NCBI GenBank assembly: GCA_046290225.1
Contig: JBKAGE010000002.1
Coordinates: 1-64,000 of the forward strand
Direction: 5' to 3'
From: Bradymonadia bacterium
GTDB lineage: Bacteria > Myxococcota_A > Bradymonadia > UBA7976 > UBA1532
DNA length: 64,000 nucleotides
Under the pieces are notes generated by a model. That model ran no database searches. It had not been told where the DNA came from and worked only from the letters and a program-made list of their open reading frames with translations. Both the position numbers and the translations under genes were made by a program. The stretch's first letter is position 1, and each line of letters begins with the position of its first letter. Shown piece by piece: positions 9,101 to 18,735 of this stretch.

Positions 9101-10054
9101 TCAAAGATTCGAGAGCACCAGGATGGGATGCGCCGGGGCCCACACGGCGATGCACTCTCCCCCGGGCGGGGCAGACAGACGCCAGGGGCCACCCTCGGGC
9201 AATGCGATCCGCTCCATGATTTGCCCGGTGTGTCCTCGCAGAGTCAGCAGGCCAGATCGCTCGGGCCCTTCACAGATGACGACCACCTGCTCGGCGAGGG
9301 CCGCGACCGCGACCACCGGGTCAGGCCAGGGGCCTTGCTGAATCCAGCGCGGCACCTTCGATCTCAGCTGCCACCGCGACAAGGTCGGGCCCCACGTCGA
9401 CGGATCTTCTCTCCGCCAGACCAGCAGCTCGTCATCGGGCGTGAACGCCATGAGCGGCCCGCCGTGAATGCTCTTGCCCCGGCGGGGCATCTCCGGGATG
9501 GAGGTGATCTTGATCTGTCCTCCGGCGGCGAGGGCCTTGCGACGACCGCTCGGCGCGATCGCGAAAGCCTCTACGGGATCTCGCCTGCTCGCCCGGCGCT
9601 TTCGCTCTCGCCACTGACCAGTGCGCACATCGAGGCGCCTGGGCTGACCACCACTGGCGCCGAGGACGAGGGCCTCGAGGGGTGAGGCTTCCGGAGACGC
9701 AGATGCTGATGTGGGCTCAAGGGCGTCTTCGACGACAGGCTCAAGGGCGACCCACTCAAGGGCACACGTCTCGAAGCTCTGCACGCACACCGTCTCCCCT
9801 GCGGCGTCGAAGACGTGAACGATGTCTTCGCTGTAGCCCCCGGCGATGACCACCGCGCAGCCACCCTGCAACATGCATTGAGCCCGGCGAGGCGCGCTGA
9901 TGGGGCGCTGCCAGAGCATTTGCGCTCCGTGCCACCGCGTGACGTGCTGCGCATCTCCGACAGTGCTCACAGCCAAAGCACCACCTGAGCCATCGAGGGC
10001 GACGGCCTGAAGTGCGCCGTCGCAGTGCAGGCGCCGAGTCACCGCCAGGGCCAT
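9101..10054 (-). CDS. Hypothetical beta-propeller (WD40/PQQ-like) protein, paralog B
   Basis: Real start at MALAVTRRL, 2 bp after the exonuclease stop. AFAIAPSGR and MAFTPDDE repeats. Similar to paralog A. Confidence 0.6.
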   Translation of the reverse strand: MALAVTRRLHCDGALQAVALDGSGGALAVSTVGDAQHVTRWHGAQMLWQRPISAPRRAQCMLQGGCAVVIAGGYSEDIVHVFDAAGETVCVQSFETCALEWVALEPVVEDALEPTSASASPEASPLEALVLGASGGQPRRLDVRTGQWRERKRRASRRDPVEAFAIAPSGRRKALAAGGQIKITSIPEMPRRGKSIHGGPLMAFTPDDELLVWRREDPSTWGPTLSRWQLRSKVPRWIQQGPWPDPVVAVAALAEQVVVICEGPERSGLLTLRGHTGQIMERIALPEGGPWRLSAPPGGECIAVWAPAHPILVLSNL

Positions 10055-10056
10055 GA

Positions 10057-10803
10057 CTATCGAGACTTGCGGCGCGTCCGCCGGCGGGCGCTGCCTGGGA
10101 GCTTGGGCTCTACAGGGGCGATGCGGCCGAGGGCCTCGTCGAGGCCATAGATGGTGAGCAGTCGGTCGAGGACCAGCAGCGTCATCAGAGCATCGTCGCG
10201 GGCGCGGTGCGCGTGGGGCCCGGGGACCTCGAGGGCCCGGGCGGCAGCGCCGAGGCCACCCTTCGGCGTACGAGCAGTACGGGCGAGGTGCATGGTGTCG
10301 AGGGTCTGGGCGAAGACCGTCTCCTCGTGGCCATAGCGGGCGTTCTGGGTGAGCACCTTGCGGCAATCGAAACCCTTCACGTTGTAGCCGCTCACGAGAT
10401 GATGTGCGGCGACGTCGTGCATGAAGGGGGCCCAATGCAGCCAGTTGGGGCAATGACGCACCTGATGATCCCGAATTCCGTGCACCCGCATCGCCATGGG
10501 GCTGATGGGCCGCTCGGGGTTCACCAGCCCGCCAGCCTCTCGCAGCGCCCCCGTCTTGGGCGACACGAAGAAGATGTGAATCTCCACGATGCCGTCCTCG
10601 TGATTGGGGCCGCCAGCAGTCTCCAAATCGAACATGGCCAGGATCCGCCCTGTGGCCTGACACAGGGCCGTGACCCCTTCGAGGGGCCACCACGGCAGCG
10701 TGCTCGGATCGACGGCATCGCTGCGGGCCATCAAGCCTTGAACCACGCCCGGCTGCGCTTTGGGGGTCTGGTTGCCGGTGGTCTGCACGAGGGGGAGCTG
10801 CAT
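10057..10803 (-). CDS. DEDDh 3'-5' exonuclease (DnaQ-like)
   Basis: ExoI FDLET, ExoII YNVKGFD, ExoIII HRARDD motifs. Confidence 0.85.
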   Translation of the reverse strand: MQLPLVQTTGNQTPKAQPGVVQGLMARSDAVDPSTLPWWPLEGVTALCQATGRILAMFDLETAGGPNHEDGIVEIHIFFVSPKTGALREAGGLVNPERPISPMAMRVHGIRDHQVRHCPNWLHWAPFMHDVAAHHLVSGYNVKGFDCRKVLTQNARYGHEETVFAQTLDTMHLARTARTPKGGLGAAARALEVPGPHAHRARDDALMTLLVLDRLLTIYGLDEALGRIAPVEPKLPGSARRRTRRKSR

Positions 10804-10938
10804 CGGCGTACCATGCCACGGCCCCCTGGCCCTTCAAAACTCCCTTGAACTCGCTCCGACGCACGCCGTTGCTTATGCTGCGTACGCGTGCGCTCCGAGA
10901 GCGCGCGTCGCTGTCTGCCAGGGAGGCCCCACAGCACC

Positions 10939-12351
10939 GTGCATACCTTGCCCAATGTCGACGATCCCAAAAGCCCGGCGCCACAGCGCCCCGTAGACTC
11001 GCTCGCCCTCTTCTCCATGGGCATGGCGGTCTATGGCGTCTTCGTCTTCGCCGCCAACATCTCTGGCGATTTGATGGGCTTCTGGGCCGCCCTCCCCTTC
11101 GCCCTGGGCCTGCTGCTCTGGCCACGGAGCACCCCCCTGCTGGTGATCTTCATGGCGTGGTTCGTGGGGTACTACCTGTGGCGGGCCCCGGTGAGGTCGA
11201 ACAACCAGACGGTGGCCTTTTTCACCTGTCTGACCTGCCTCGTCGTGGGGCTCGGCGGGCGGCTGAGCAGACCCGAGGCCCTCACGCGGAGATCGCTCTT
11301 CGCCGCCTTCTCCGGCCCTGCCCGCATCGTGCTGGTGGCGCTGTACTTCTATGGCATCTTTCACAAAATCAATACGGACTTCCTCGATCCGCAGGTGAGC
11401 TGCGCCAGCGTGCTGTACGACCAGCTTGCCCGGTGGGTGGCCCTGGATCACTGGACCCCGGGCTACTACGTGGCCATCTACAGCACCTTCGTCTTCGAAG
11501 GGGCGGCCATGCTGTTGCTGCTGTCGCGGCGCTACAAGATGTGGGGCTTCGCCATCGGGCTGCCGTTCCACATCATCATCGGGTTCACCGGCTACAGCTT
11601 CTACATGGACTTCTCCACCCTCGCCGTGGCGCTGTACCTGCTGCAGATCCCCGAAGAGGTGGCCGACGCCATCAACACCCGCATCCTCGCCCGGAGACCA
11701 GCGAGGGCCCACCCTGACGGCTTCTGGCCTCACTACCGGCTGTTCATGATCAAGGCCGTGGTGATTCTCGGGGCCCTCGTGGGCGGGGTCATCGCTCTGG
11801 GCGGCGGCAAGGTCAGGGCCATGATGATCCCTTTCTTCGCATACTCTGCGGTGGTCTACCTCGGGGTCTTGTGGCTCGCCTGGAAACACCCCTGGCAGCC
11901 TCTGATGGGCAGCCCCAGGTGGGCCTGGGCCTGGGGTGTGTGGGTGCCGCTGCTCTTCGTACTCAACGGCATGTCGCCTTATCTGGGCTTCAAGACCGAA
12001 TCGTCGATCGCCATGTTCTCCAACCTGCACACTGAGGGCGGTGTCACGAACCACCTGATCGTCACCCACCCCATCGACGCTTTCGGCTATCTCGGCGATT
12101 TGTTCACCGTCACCGGCGCCGACAACCCCCGGATCGCCCGGCGGTACGCCCAGAAGGAGATCACCCGGTACGAGCTCGACCGCCTGCGCGCTCAGGGCGT
12201 ACAGCTCACCGCGGTGCCCAGCTCCAGGCGCTCGAGCCCCGAGGGCCCAGCTCTGTCGACGAACACCTTCTCGGAGACCCCATGGCTTGCCCGGAAGTTC
12301 CTGGTCTTCAAACCCGTGGACTGGGCGCGGCCCAAGATCTGCTCTCACTGA
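10939..12351 (+). CDS. HTTM-domain-like polytopic membrane protein
   Basis: Multi-TM; LYFYGIFHKINTDFL, PFHIIIG and PYLGFKT...MFSNL motifs. Start uncertain (GGAGG at 10922). Confidence 0.6.
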   Translation: MHTLPNVDDPKSPAPQRPVDSLALFSMGMAVYGVFVFAANISGDLMGFWAALPFALGLLLWPRSTPLLVIFMAWFVGYYLWRAPVRSNNQTVAFFTCLTCLVVGLGGRLSRPEALTRRSLFAAFSGPARIVLVALYFYGIFHKINTDFLDPQVSCASVLYDQLARWVALDHWTPGYYVAIYSTFVFEGAAMLLLLSRRYKMWGFAIGLPFHIIIGFTGYSFYMDFSTLAVALYLLQIPEEVADAINTRILARRPARAHPDGFWPHYRLFMIKAVVILGALVGGVIALGGGKVRAMMIPFFAYSAVVYLGVLWLAWKHPWQPLMGSPRWAWAWGVWVPLLFVLNGMSPYLGFKTESSIAMFSNLHTEGGVTNHLIVTHPIDAFGYLGDLFTVTGADNPRIARRYAQKEITRYELDRLRAQGVQLTAVPSSRRSSPEGPALSTNTFSETPWLARKFLVFKPVDWARPKICSH

Positions 12352-12427
12352 AGCAGGCCCAGCCTCTGCGGCCCTGAGTCAGCGACCGCCTCGGCGGGGT
12401 CAATGCTGACGAGAACACAAGGATCCC

Positions 12428-13912
12428 ATGCACCTCGACTTCGCTCAGCTCGCCGCCCACACCACCCTCGCTGCAGATGTGTGCATCATCGGCGCCGGCG
12501 CCGCAGGCATCACCACTGCCCTGGCCCTGAGGGACTCAGGCCTGCGGGTGCTGTTGCTCGAAGGGGGCGACTACCTGCCCACGGCAGAGTCGATGCAGCT
12601 CTACAAGGGCACGTACACGGGCACCTTCGTCAAAGATCCGTGGCCCACCTACCTCGAGACGGGCCGCCTGCGCTTCTTCGGCGGCACCACCGGCCACTGG
12701 GCGGGCTGGGTGCGCCCTCTCGATCCCATCGACTTCGAGGCCCGGGACTGGATCCCCCACAGCGGCTGGCCGGTGTCCTTCGCCGATTTGGTGCCCTACT
12801 TCAAAGGCGCGAGCGACGTGGTGCAAGTGTCGCAGTTCCCTGAGGTCGACGGGGAAGATCCAGATGAGGGTCCCGACATCTCCGGCGGCTTGCTCCGCGA
12901 CGCCTTCTTCTATTTCAGCCCTCCGACCCGCTTCGGCAGCCACTACCGGCCTCAGCTCTCGAAGGCGGCGAACGTCACGGTGCTGGTGCGGGCCAACGTC
13001 ACGGGGATCCACCTCACCCCCAACGGGCAGGCCGTCGATCACCTCTCGGTCTCGGATTACGACGGCAAGAAGCTCAGCGTGCAGGCGAAGCATTTCGTGC
13101 TCGCCACTGGAGGCGTGGAGAACGCCCGCATGTTGTTGGCCTCAAACGACGTGAACCCCCGGGGGGTCGGCAACGATCACGATCTGGTGGGCCGCTTCTT
13201 CATGGATCATCCACACATGAACGCGGGCCACGCAGTGCTCACGGGCGGCAAGGATCTGTACGGGGACTATCAACGCCTGCGGGACTATCTGAAGTGGCAC
13301 ACCACCATCCCGGTGCTCTGTCTCAAAGATGAGGTGCTTCGCAAAGAGAAACTGAGCGCCGCCATGGTGCAGTTCTCCCCCCTCAAGGAGAACGACGCCG
13401 ACGAGGGGCAGCGGGCGCAGTTCGAGGGCCTCGGCAACCTGGCCAGGGCCCTGGACGGCGCTGAGGACACACTGCCGGTCAGGCTCTATCTACGGGGAGA
13501 GCACCAGCCCAACCCCGAGAGCCGCGTCACTCTGCTCGACGAGCGAGACGCCCTGGGCATGCGCCGCGCCCACCTGGACTGGCGCCTCACCTCGGCAGAT
13601 CGCGAGAGCCTGGCGCGTACGACCCAGCTCATCGCCCAAGCGTTGTCACAAACCGGGCGGGCCCGGGTGCGCTCGCTGTTCCCGGCCTCTGAATGGCCCG
13701 ACGCCAAGGGCGGTTACCACCACATGGGCACCACCCGGATGTCCACTGATCCCAAGCAAGGGGTGGTGGACGCGGACTGCAAGGTGCACGGGGTGACGAA
13801 TTTGTTCGTGGCGGGCAGCTCGGTGTTTCCCACCTCGGGGTTCGCCAACCCGACCTTTACGATCGTGGCGCTGGCATTGCGGCTAGCGGAGCACTTGAGG
13901 GGGCTTGCATGA
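12428..13912 (+). CDS. GMC-family FAD oxidoreductase
   Basis: GAGAAG Rossmann motif, LVGRFFMDH, HHMGTTRM, GSSVFPTSGFANPT. Confidence 0.92.
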   Translation: MHLDFAQLAAHTTLAADVCIIGAGAAGITTALALRDSGLRVLLLEGGDYLPTAESMQLYKGTYTGTFVKDPWPTYLETGRLRFFGGTTGHWAGWVRPLDPIDFEARDWIPHSGWPVSFADLVPYFKGASDVVQVSQFPEVDGEDPDEGPDISGGLLRDAFFYFSPPTRFGSHYRPQLSKAANVTVLVRANVTGIHLTPNGQAVDHLSVSDYDGKKLSVQAKHFVLATGGVENARMLLASNDVNPRGVGNDHDLVGRFFMDHPHMNAGHAVLTGGKDLYGDYQRLRDYLKWHTTIPVLCLKDEVLRKEKLSAAMVQFSPLKENDADEGQRAQFEGLGNLARALDGAEDTLPVRLYLRGEHQPNPESRVTLLDERDALGMRRAHLDWRLTSADRESLARTTQLIAQALSQTGRARVRSLFPASEWPDAKGGYHHMGTTRMSTDPKQGVVDADCKVHGVTNLFVAGSSVFPTSGFANPTFTIVALALRLAEHLRGLA

Positions 13913-13918
13913 CTCGCT

Positions 13919-14239
13919 GGCGCTCGCAGAGAGAGTTTTTCGGGCACGGGCACGGGCACGGGCACGGGCACGAGTTGATTCGGGTGTGGACCCGTGGTCC
14001 TACATGGGCTCAGCTCGCTGTTTGGTCGGAGGACTGCCGACGCATGTTGTTGCTAGGCCCCACCCACCTCGAGCCACGCACCCAACAACCGCAGGTCGCT
14101 CTGAATGGCCCCGCCTCAGCCCCTGAGCCCCATCCCGCCCTGAGCCAGGTGAGGCCATGGGTCCACACCCGAATCAACTCGTGCCCGTGCCCGTGCCCGT
14201 GCCCGTGCCCGTGCCCGAAAAACTCTCTTTGCGAGCGCC
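13919..14239. repeat. Hairpin (MITE/REPIN-like) element copy 2 with (GGGCAC)5 and (GTGCCC)6 arms
   Basis: Inverted arms CGCTCGCA...TTTTCGGGCAC(n)GAGTTGATTCGGGTGTGGACCC. Interior is a diverged homolog of copy 1. Confidence 0.9.
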
Positions 14240-14243
14240 CCAA

Positions 14244-14675
14244 ATGCTGACTCGACGCCAGACCCTCCAGCACCTCACCGCGGGCCTGCTCGCCGCCTCA
14301 TTGTCCCCTGCCCTCGTGGGCTGTGGTGACGATCCGCAAGGGTCGACTCGGCAAATCGTCATCGGCCTCACCGAGAGCCCCAGCCAATGGCAGGGGCCTC
14401 ACCACGCCGTCGTCGCGCTGGGCAAGCAGTATCTCGCGGCACACCGCGCAGAGGCCGATCCCGGCAAGCTCGTGGGCCTGTTGCTCCCCGGCGCCCCCGA
14501 CTCGATCGCCCGCAGCGCCGCTCTTGAGCAGCTCAAGCAAGCCATCGCCCAGGAGTACGCCGCCGGTGAGACCGTCTGGCTCGATGGCTGGCTGCTCTCT
14601 CGCAGCGAGGGCCGGCTGTGCGCCCTCGCTGCCCTCACCGCCCCGGAAGATCCCGAGCAGAAAGGCCCTGCATGA
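14244..14675 (+). CDS. Small Tat-exported lipoprotein, probable GMC-oxidoreductase partner
   Basis: MLTRRQTL twin-arginine signal, LVGC lipobox, C-terminal [24 protein letters not shown]. Confidence 0.7.
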   Translation: MLTRRQTLQHLTAGLLAASLSPALVGCGDDPQGSTRQIVIGLTESPSQWQGPHHAVVALGKQYLAAHRAEADPGKLVGLLLPGAPDSIARSAALEQLKQAIAQEYAAGETVWLDGWLLSRSEGRLCALAALTAPEDPEQKGPA

Positions 14676-16273
14676 GCGCCTCGACCCGCGCCGCCCCCAC
14701 CCGCCTGGGCCGGCTGACCATCTTCGGCTTGATGCTCGGAGCCATCGGGGTCTTCGGCTTCTGGCACTTCAAGCTGTGGCACTACTTTCTCGACGACGCC
14801 TACATCACGTTCCGGTACGCCCAGAACTTCGCCGAGGGCCACGGGCTCACCTTCAACCCCAACGGCGCCCCGGTGGAAGGCTACACCAACTTCTTGTGGA
14901 CCCTCTTGATGGCTCCGGCCTTCTCTTGGGGCATCGACATCACCCTCTGGGCCAAGGGCTGGTCCATCGCCTTGGGCGTGATCTCGGCGTTGCTCGTGGG
15001 CAGCCTGATCCCCACGAACAAACCACGAGACCACTGGATCAAATGGAGCTGTGTGGCCCTGAGCCTGATGCACCCTGTGGTGGTGCTCAGCGAGGCCGAT
15101 GGCCTGGAGACCCCGCTGCTCACGGTGAGCACGCTGGCGGTGGCCTGGGTGCTCATCAAACGACCTGTTGATCAGGTGAAGCTGCCTCGCCTGGTGCTGG
15201 CGGGCGTTTTCGCCACCTGCGCCGCTCTGAGCCGCCCCGACGGCCTCGCCGTCGCAATCGCTGCGGTGATGGCGTGGAGCTTCGCTCATAAGCAATGGAA
15301 GCGCGCCCTCGTAGTGCTCGCCGTGCCGGTGACGGTGGTGGTGGTACACGCCCTGTGGCGCCACTCGGTGTACGGCGCCTGGGTGCCCAACACCTTCTAC
15401 GTGAAGGTGGGGGGCCGTATGGACATCATGATGGCCGGGGCCAAGCTCGGCGGGAAGTTCATGGTCTGGACCGGCGCCATCGCGCTGTGGGCCCCGGTGC
15501 TCTGGTGGATGGGCCATCGCCGCTTGAAGGATGCAGGTGAGCGTGAGACGGACAGTCGCTTGCTCGCTGTAGGGTCGTTTTTGTTTCTCGCCGTAGGGGC
15601 CCGCTTCGCCTTCGTGATCTATTCGGGTGGGGCCTGGATGGGCACGTATCGCTTCCTGGCCCCTGCCCTGCCTCTGCTCTACGCCCTGGCCGGGCTGGCC
15701 CTCGTGTACTGGCTGCCTTCAGGGCCCACCCCGCTGTGGCGCCGCCTCATCGCGCCGGGTTTGCTGGCCATGAGCGCAGGTCTGGCGCTGCTTTGGGGCA
15801 TGCGCCTGGTGCCTGGGCAGGTGAAGTACGGTGACCGCCTGGGCCGCAGCACCATCGAGGTGGGCAAATTTCTGAAGACTGCAGGGCAACCCGGAGACGA
15901 GGTGGCGGTGCTCGACGCCGGGGCGATCCCGTTCTACAGCGGGATGGGGGCCCTCGATCTGGTGGGGCTCAACGACGCCCACCTGGCCCGAAACGGCGCC
16001 CGCTCACCGACGCCCAAGAAGCACTACATGCTCACGCTGGATGCTCAGGCGGATCGGGATTACATCTTCGATCGCAACCCCCGCTGGATGGTGCTGCAGA
16101 CGAAAGAGCCGGCTGTCGACGCGGTGAAGACGGACAAGCGAGCCTCGGTGCGGAATCTGGCGGCGGATCCACGCTTCGAGCAATACGAGCATGTGTGGCG
16201 CTTCGAGTCGTCGAAGACGTATCACTATCATGTGTTCAAGCGACGGGATGAGACTGGACAGGGCGCACTGTAA
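14672..16273 (+). CDS. GT-C-fold membrane glycosyltransferase (AftB-like)
   Basis: [38 protein letters not shown] and DLVGLND motifs. ATGA overlap with the upstream gene. Confidence 0.8.
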   Translation: MSASTRAAPTRLGRLTIFGLMLGAIGVFGFWHFKLWHYFLDDAYITFRYAQNFAEGHGLTFNPNGAPVEGYTNFLWTLLMAPAFSWGIDITLWAKGWSIALGVISALLVGSLIPTNKPRDHWIKWSCVALSLMHPVVVLSEADGLETPLLTVSTLAVAWVLIKRPVDQVKLPRLVLAGVFATCAALSRPDGLAVAIAAVMAWSFAHKQWKRALVVLAVPVTVVVVHALWRHSVYGAWVPNTFYVKVGGRMDIMMAGAKLGGKFMVWTGAIALWAPVLWWMGHRRLKDAGERETDSRLLAVGSFLFLAVGARFAFVIYSGGAWMGTYRFLAPALPLLYALAGLALVYWLPSGPTPLWRRLIAPGLLAMSAGLALLWGMRLVPGQVKYGDRLGRSTIEVGKFLKTAGQPGDEVAVLDAGAIPFYSGMGALDLVGLNDAHLARNGARSPTPKKHYMLTLDAQADRDYIFDRNPRWMVLQTKEPAVDAVKTDKRASVRNLAADPRFEQYEHVWRFESSKTYHYHVFKRRDETGQGAL

Positions 16274-16283
16274 TGAGATTGAC

Positions 16284-16742
16284 ATGCTGAAGACGGAGGC
16301 CCTGCATCCAGATGCGATGGCACTGCTGCTTCAGTCCGGGTGGCACCCTGAGAGAGACATGTCTGCTGAAGTCGAGCGACTGAAGCGAGACATCTTCGAT
16401 CCTGAGGGCTTCATTCTTCATGATGAGGCCCATCGCGCTCTGAATAGCCTGCTTGGTTTGACAGTGCACCAGAGTATGCCTGGCATCACTCAATACCGCC
16501 CCGACATCATGTTCGAGCCGGAATACTGCAGTGCTGAACAAGACAGGTTTGAAGACTTTGGTGAAGAGATCGGAAGCGCAATCAGCCCCCTTGGCTGGGA
16601 AAAAGACAGCTACTACTTGCTGGGCATTGCGGCAGATGGACGTTGTTTCGCCTTGATGAATCACCTCGTGTTTCAGGGATCGACCCTTGAGGACGCCCTC
16701 AACAACATGCTGCGTGGCATCAAACCCTCGCAACCCTTCTAG
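16284..16742 (+). CDS. SUKH-3-like immunity protein
   Basis: LLQSGWHPERD N-terminal motif and ISPLG...LLGIAADGRCF. Visibly lower GC than flanks. Confidence 0.62.
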   Translation: MLKTEALHPDAMALLLQSGWHPERDMSAEVERLKRDIFDPEGFILHDEAHRALNSLLGLTVHQSMPGITQYRPDIMFEPEYCSAEQDRFEDFGEEIGSAISPLGWEKDSYYLLGIAADGRCFALMNHLVFQGSTLEDALNNMLRGIKPSQPF

Positions 16743-16808
16743 CCCTACTTGGGCGAGACAACCTCACCCACTTGTGACTTCGGCCCCCTTCCCTGCATCC
16801 TTCCCCCC

Positions 16809-18563
16809 ATGAGCACGCCCCAGCAGACCGATCTCGCCCTCATCTCGCGCCTGTGGCCCTTCATGCGGCCGTACACCAAATGGTTGTGGGTTGTGGCCAT
16901 CGCCACCCCCCTCGGCGTCGTCGGTGGGCTCATTCAGCCCATTCTGCTCAAGCAGGGCATCGACGAGCACATCGTCACCGGGCAGCTCGACGGCCTCGGC
17001 GGCGTTGCTTTGGCCTTCATGGGCGTCGTCGCCCTCGCCTTCAGTGCTCGGGCCCTCGGGCTGTATGGGCTGCAGGTGGCCGGGCTTCGGGCTCTCGCCG
17101 ACATCAGGCGATCGGTCTTCCACCACGTGCTCGGGCAGGGATCGCGGTTCTTCGACAAGCGGACCACCGGCTCGCTCATGACCCGGACCACCAACGATGT
17201 GGAGGCCATCTACGAGAGCATGGCCTTCGGCGCCGTGGGGCTCGTCACCGACGCGCTGACCATCCTGGGCACCCTCGGCACCATGCTGTGGCTCGACTGG
17301 CAGCTCACCCTCGTGTCGCTGTCGCTCTCGCCGGTCATCGTCTTCGTGGTGAATTTGTTCCGGAAGAAGCTCCGGGCCTTGTCCACCATCATTCGGGCCT
17401 CGCTGAGCAACCTGAACGGCGACTTCGCCGAGCAGATCAACGGCATGACCGTGGTGCAGCTCTATGGTGCCGAAGAGCGCGCCAAAGAGACCTTCGCCAA
17501 AGAGTCGTTCACCTATATGGACGCCTACCGCCGCAGCAACTGGTGGGACGCCGGCCTCTACGCCATCATGGACGGCCTGAGCGCCCTGGCCACGGGGCTG
17601 ATGCTCTGGTACGGCGCCAGCCGCTTCGGCTATGGCGACGCCGTCTCGTTGGGGTTGTTGGTGGCCTTCATCGACTACCTCGGCAAAATCTTCGTGCCCA
17701 TCCGCGAATTCTCCGGGCGCATCGCCATGATCCAGCGGGCCATCGCTGCCCTGGAGCGCATCTTCGGGCTGCTCGACACCTCGGAGCGCATCACCACTGA
17801 GGACACCGCACCGCTGGAGACGTGCACTGGGGAGATCGTCTTCGACAAGGTGGCCTTCGCCTATGCCCCTGAGGGCGCCCCGGTGCTCAGAGATGTGAGC
17901 TTCAGCATCACCCCTGGTGAGGTGGTGGCCCTGGTGGGCTCCACAGGCTCGGGCAAGACCACCATCGGGCGCCTGCTCACCCGCATGTACGACGGCTACA
18001 CCGGCTCGATCACCCTCGACGGCCACGAGCTGCGGGCCATCGCCCCGGACTCGGTGCGAGATCTGGTCACCGTGGTGCACCAGGATGTCTACCTCTTCGA
18101 CGCCACCATCAACGAGAACATCGCCTTGTGGTCCCCGGAGATCGGCGAGGGCGAGGTGCAGCAGGCGGCGCGGCTCTCCCGGGCCTCGGACTTCGTCGAG
18201 TCGCTGCCTCAAGGGTACGACCAGCTCATCCGCGAGCGTGGGGGCAACCTGTCCTCGGGGCAAAAGCAGCTGCTGGGCATCGCCCGGGCCATGGCGCGAC
18301 CGGCACCGGTGGTCATCCTCGACGAAGCCACGGCGAGCGTGGACGCCATGACCGAGGCCCTCGTGGACGAAGCCGTGGCCGAGCTGTTCGAGCGCCGCAC
18401 CGTGCTGGTCATCGCCCACAGGTTGTCCACCATCATCAAAGCCGATCGCATCCTGGTCCTGCACCAGGGCGAGGTCGTGGAACAAGGCACCCACGAGCAG
18501 CTGATGCAGGTAGACGGCCGCTACGCCAACCTCGTACGCGGCGGGGGCATCGCAGGCCACTGA
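16809..18563 (+). CDS. ABC exporter fused permease/ATPase (MdlB/BmrD-like subunit)
   Basis: TMD plus NBD: GSTGSGKT, degenerate signature LSSGQKQ, canonical ILDEATASVD, AHR. Confidence 0.92.
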   Translation: MSTPQQTDLALISRLWPFMRPYTKWLWVVAIATPLGVVGGLIQPILLKQGIDEHIVTGQLDGLGGVALAFMGVVALAFSARALGLYGLQVAGLRALADIRRSVFHHVLGQGSRFFDKRTTGSLMTRTTNDVEAIYESMAFGAVGLVTDALTILGTLGTMLWLDWQLTLVSLSLSPVIVFVVNLFRKKLRALSTIIRASLSNLNGDFAEQINGMTVVQLYGAEERAKETFAKESFTYMDAYRRSNWWDAGLYAIMDGLSALATGLMLWYGASRFGYGDAVSLGLLVAFIDYLGKIFVPIREFSGRIAMIQRAIAALERIFGLLDTSERITTEDTAPLETCTGEIVFDKVAFAYAPEGAPVLRDVSFSITPGEVVALVGSTGSGKTTIGRLLTRMYDGYTGSITLDGHELRAIAPDSVRDLVTVVHQDVYLFDATINENIALWSPEIGEGEVQQAARLSRASDFVESLPQGYDQLIRERGGNLSSGQKQLLGIARAMARPAPVVILDEATASVDAMTEALVDEAVAELFERRTVLVIAHRLSTIIKADRILVLHQGEVVEQGTHEQLMQVDGRYANLVRGGGIAGH

Positions 18564-18625
18564 GGCAGCTCGTCATCCTGCCTGCGCCAGGTGGTCATCC
18601 TCCGACACACTGGCTGCATGTTTGA

Positions 18626-18648
18626 ACATTGCCTCACACTGGCAATGT
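18626..18648. promoter_or_regulatory. Perfect inverted repeat upstream of the lectin adhesin genes (operator or terminator-like hairpin)
   Basis: ACATTGCC-N7-GGCAATGT. Confidence 0.35.
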
Positions 18649-18735
18649 CAGCATCATCCCCTCACCCGAACATACGGATGCCTTGCCCGCTCAGCGCGCC
18701 CCGCTCGTTGATCTGGGCAAACTCAGGAGAGGAAC

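Noticed and set aside
1921..14216. GGGCAC tracts or TSP3 repeats as a CRISPR array; GHGHGH/VPVPVP/RARARA ORFs as peptides
   Set aside because: There is no repeat-unique spacer periodicity and no cas genes. The ORFs are just translations of the hexamer repeat.
18564..18735. c-di-GMP riboswitch upstream of the adhesin
   Set aside because: Hairpins exist, but the GEMM consensus elements are not recognisable.
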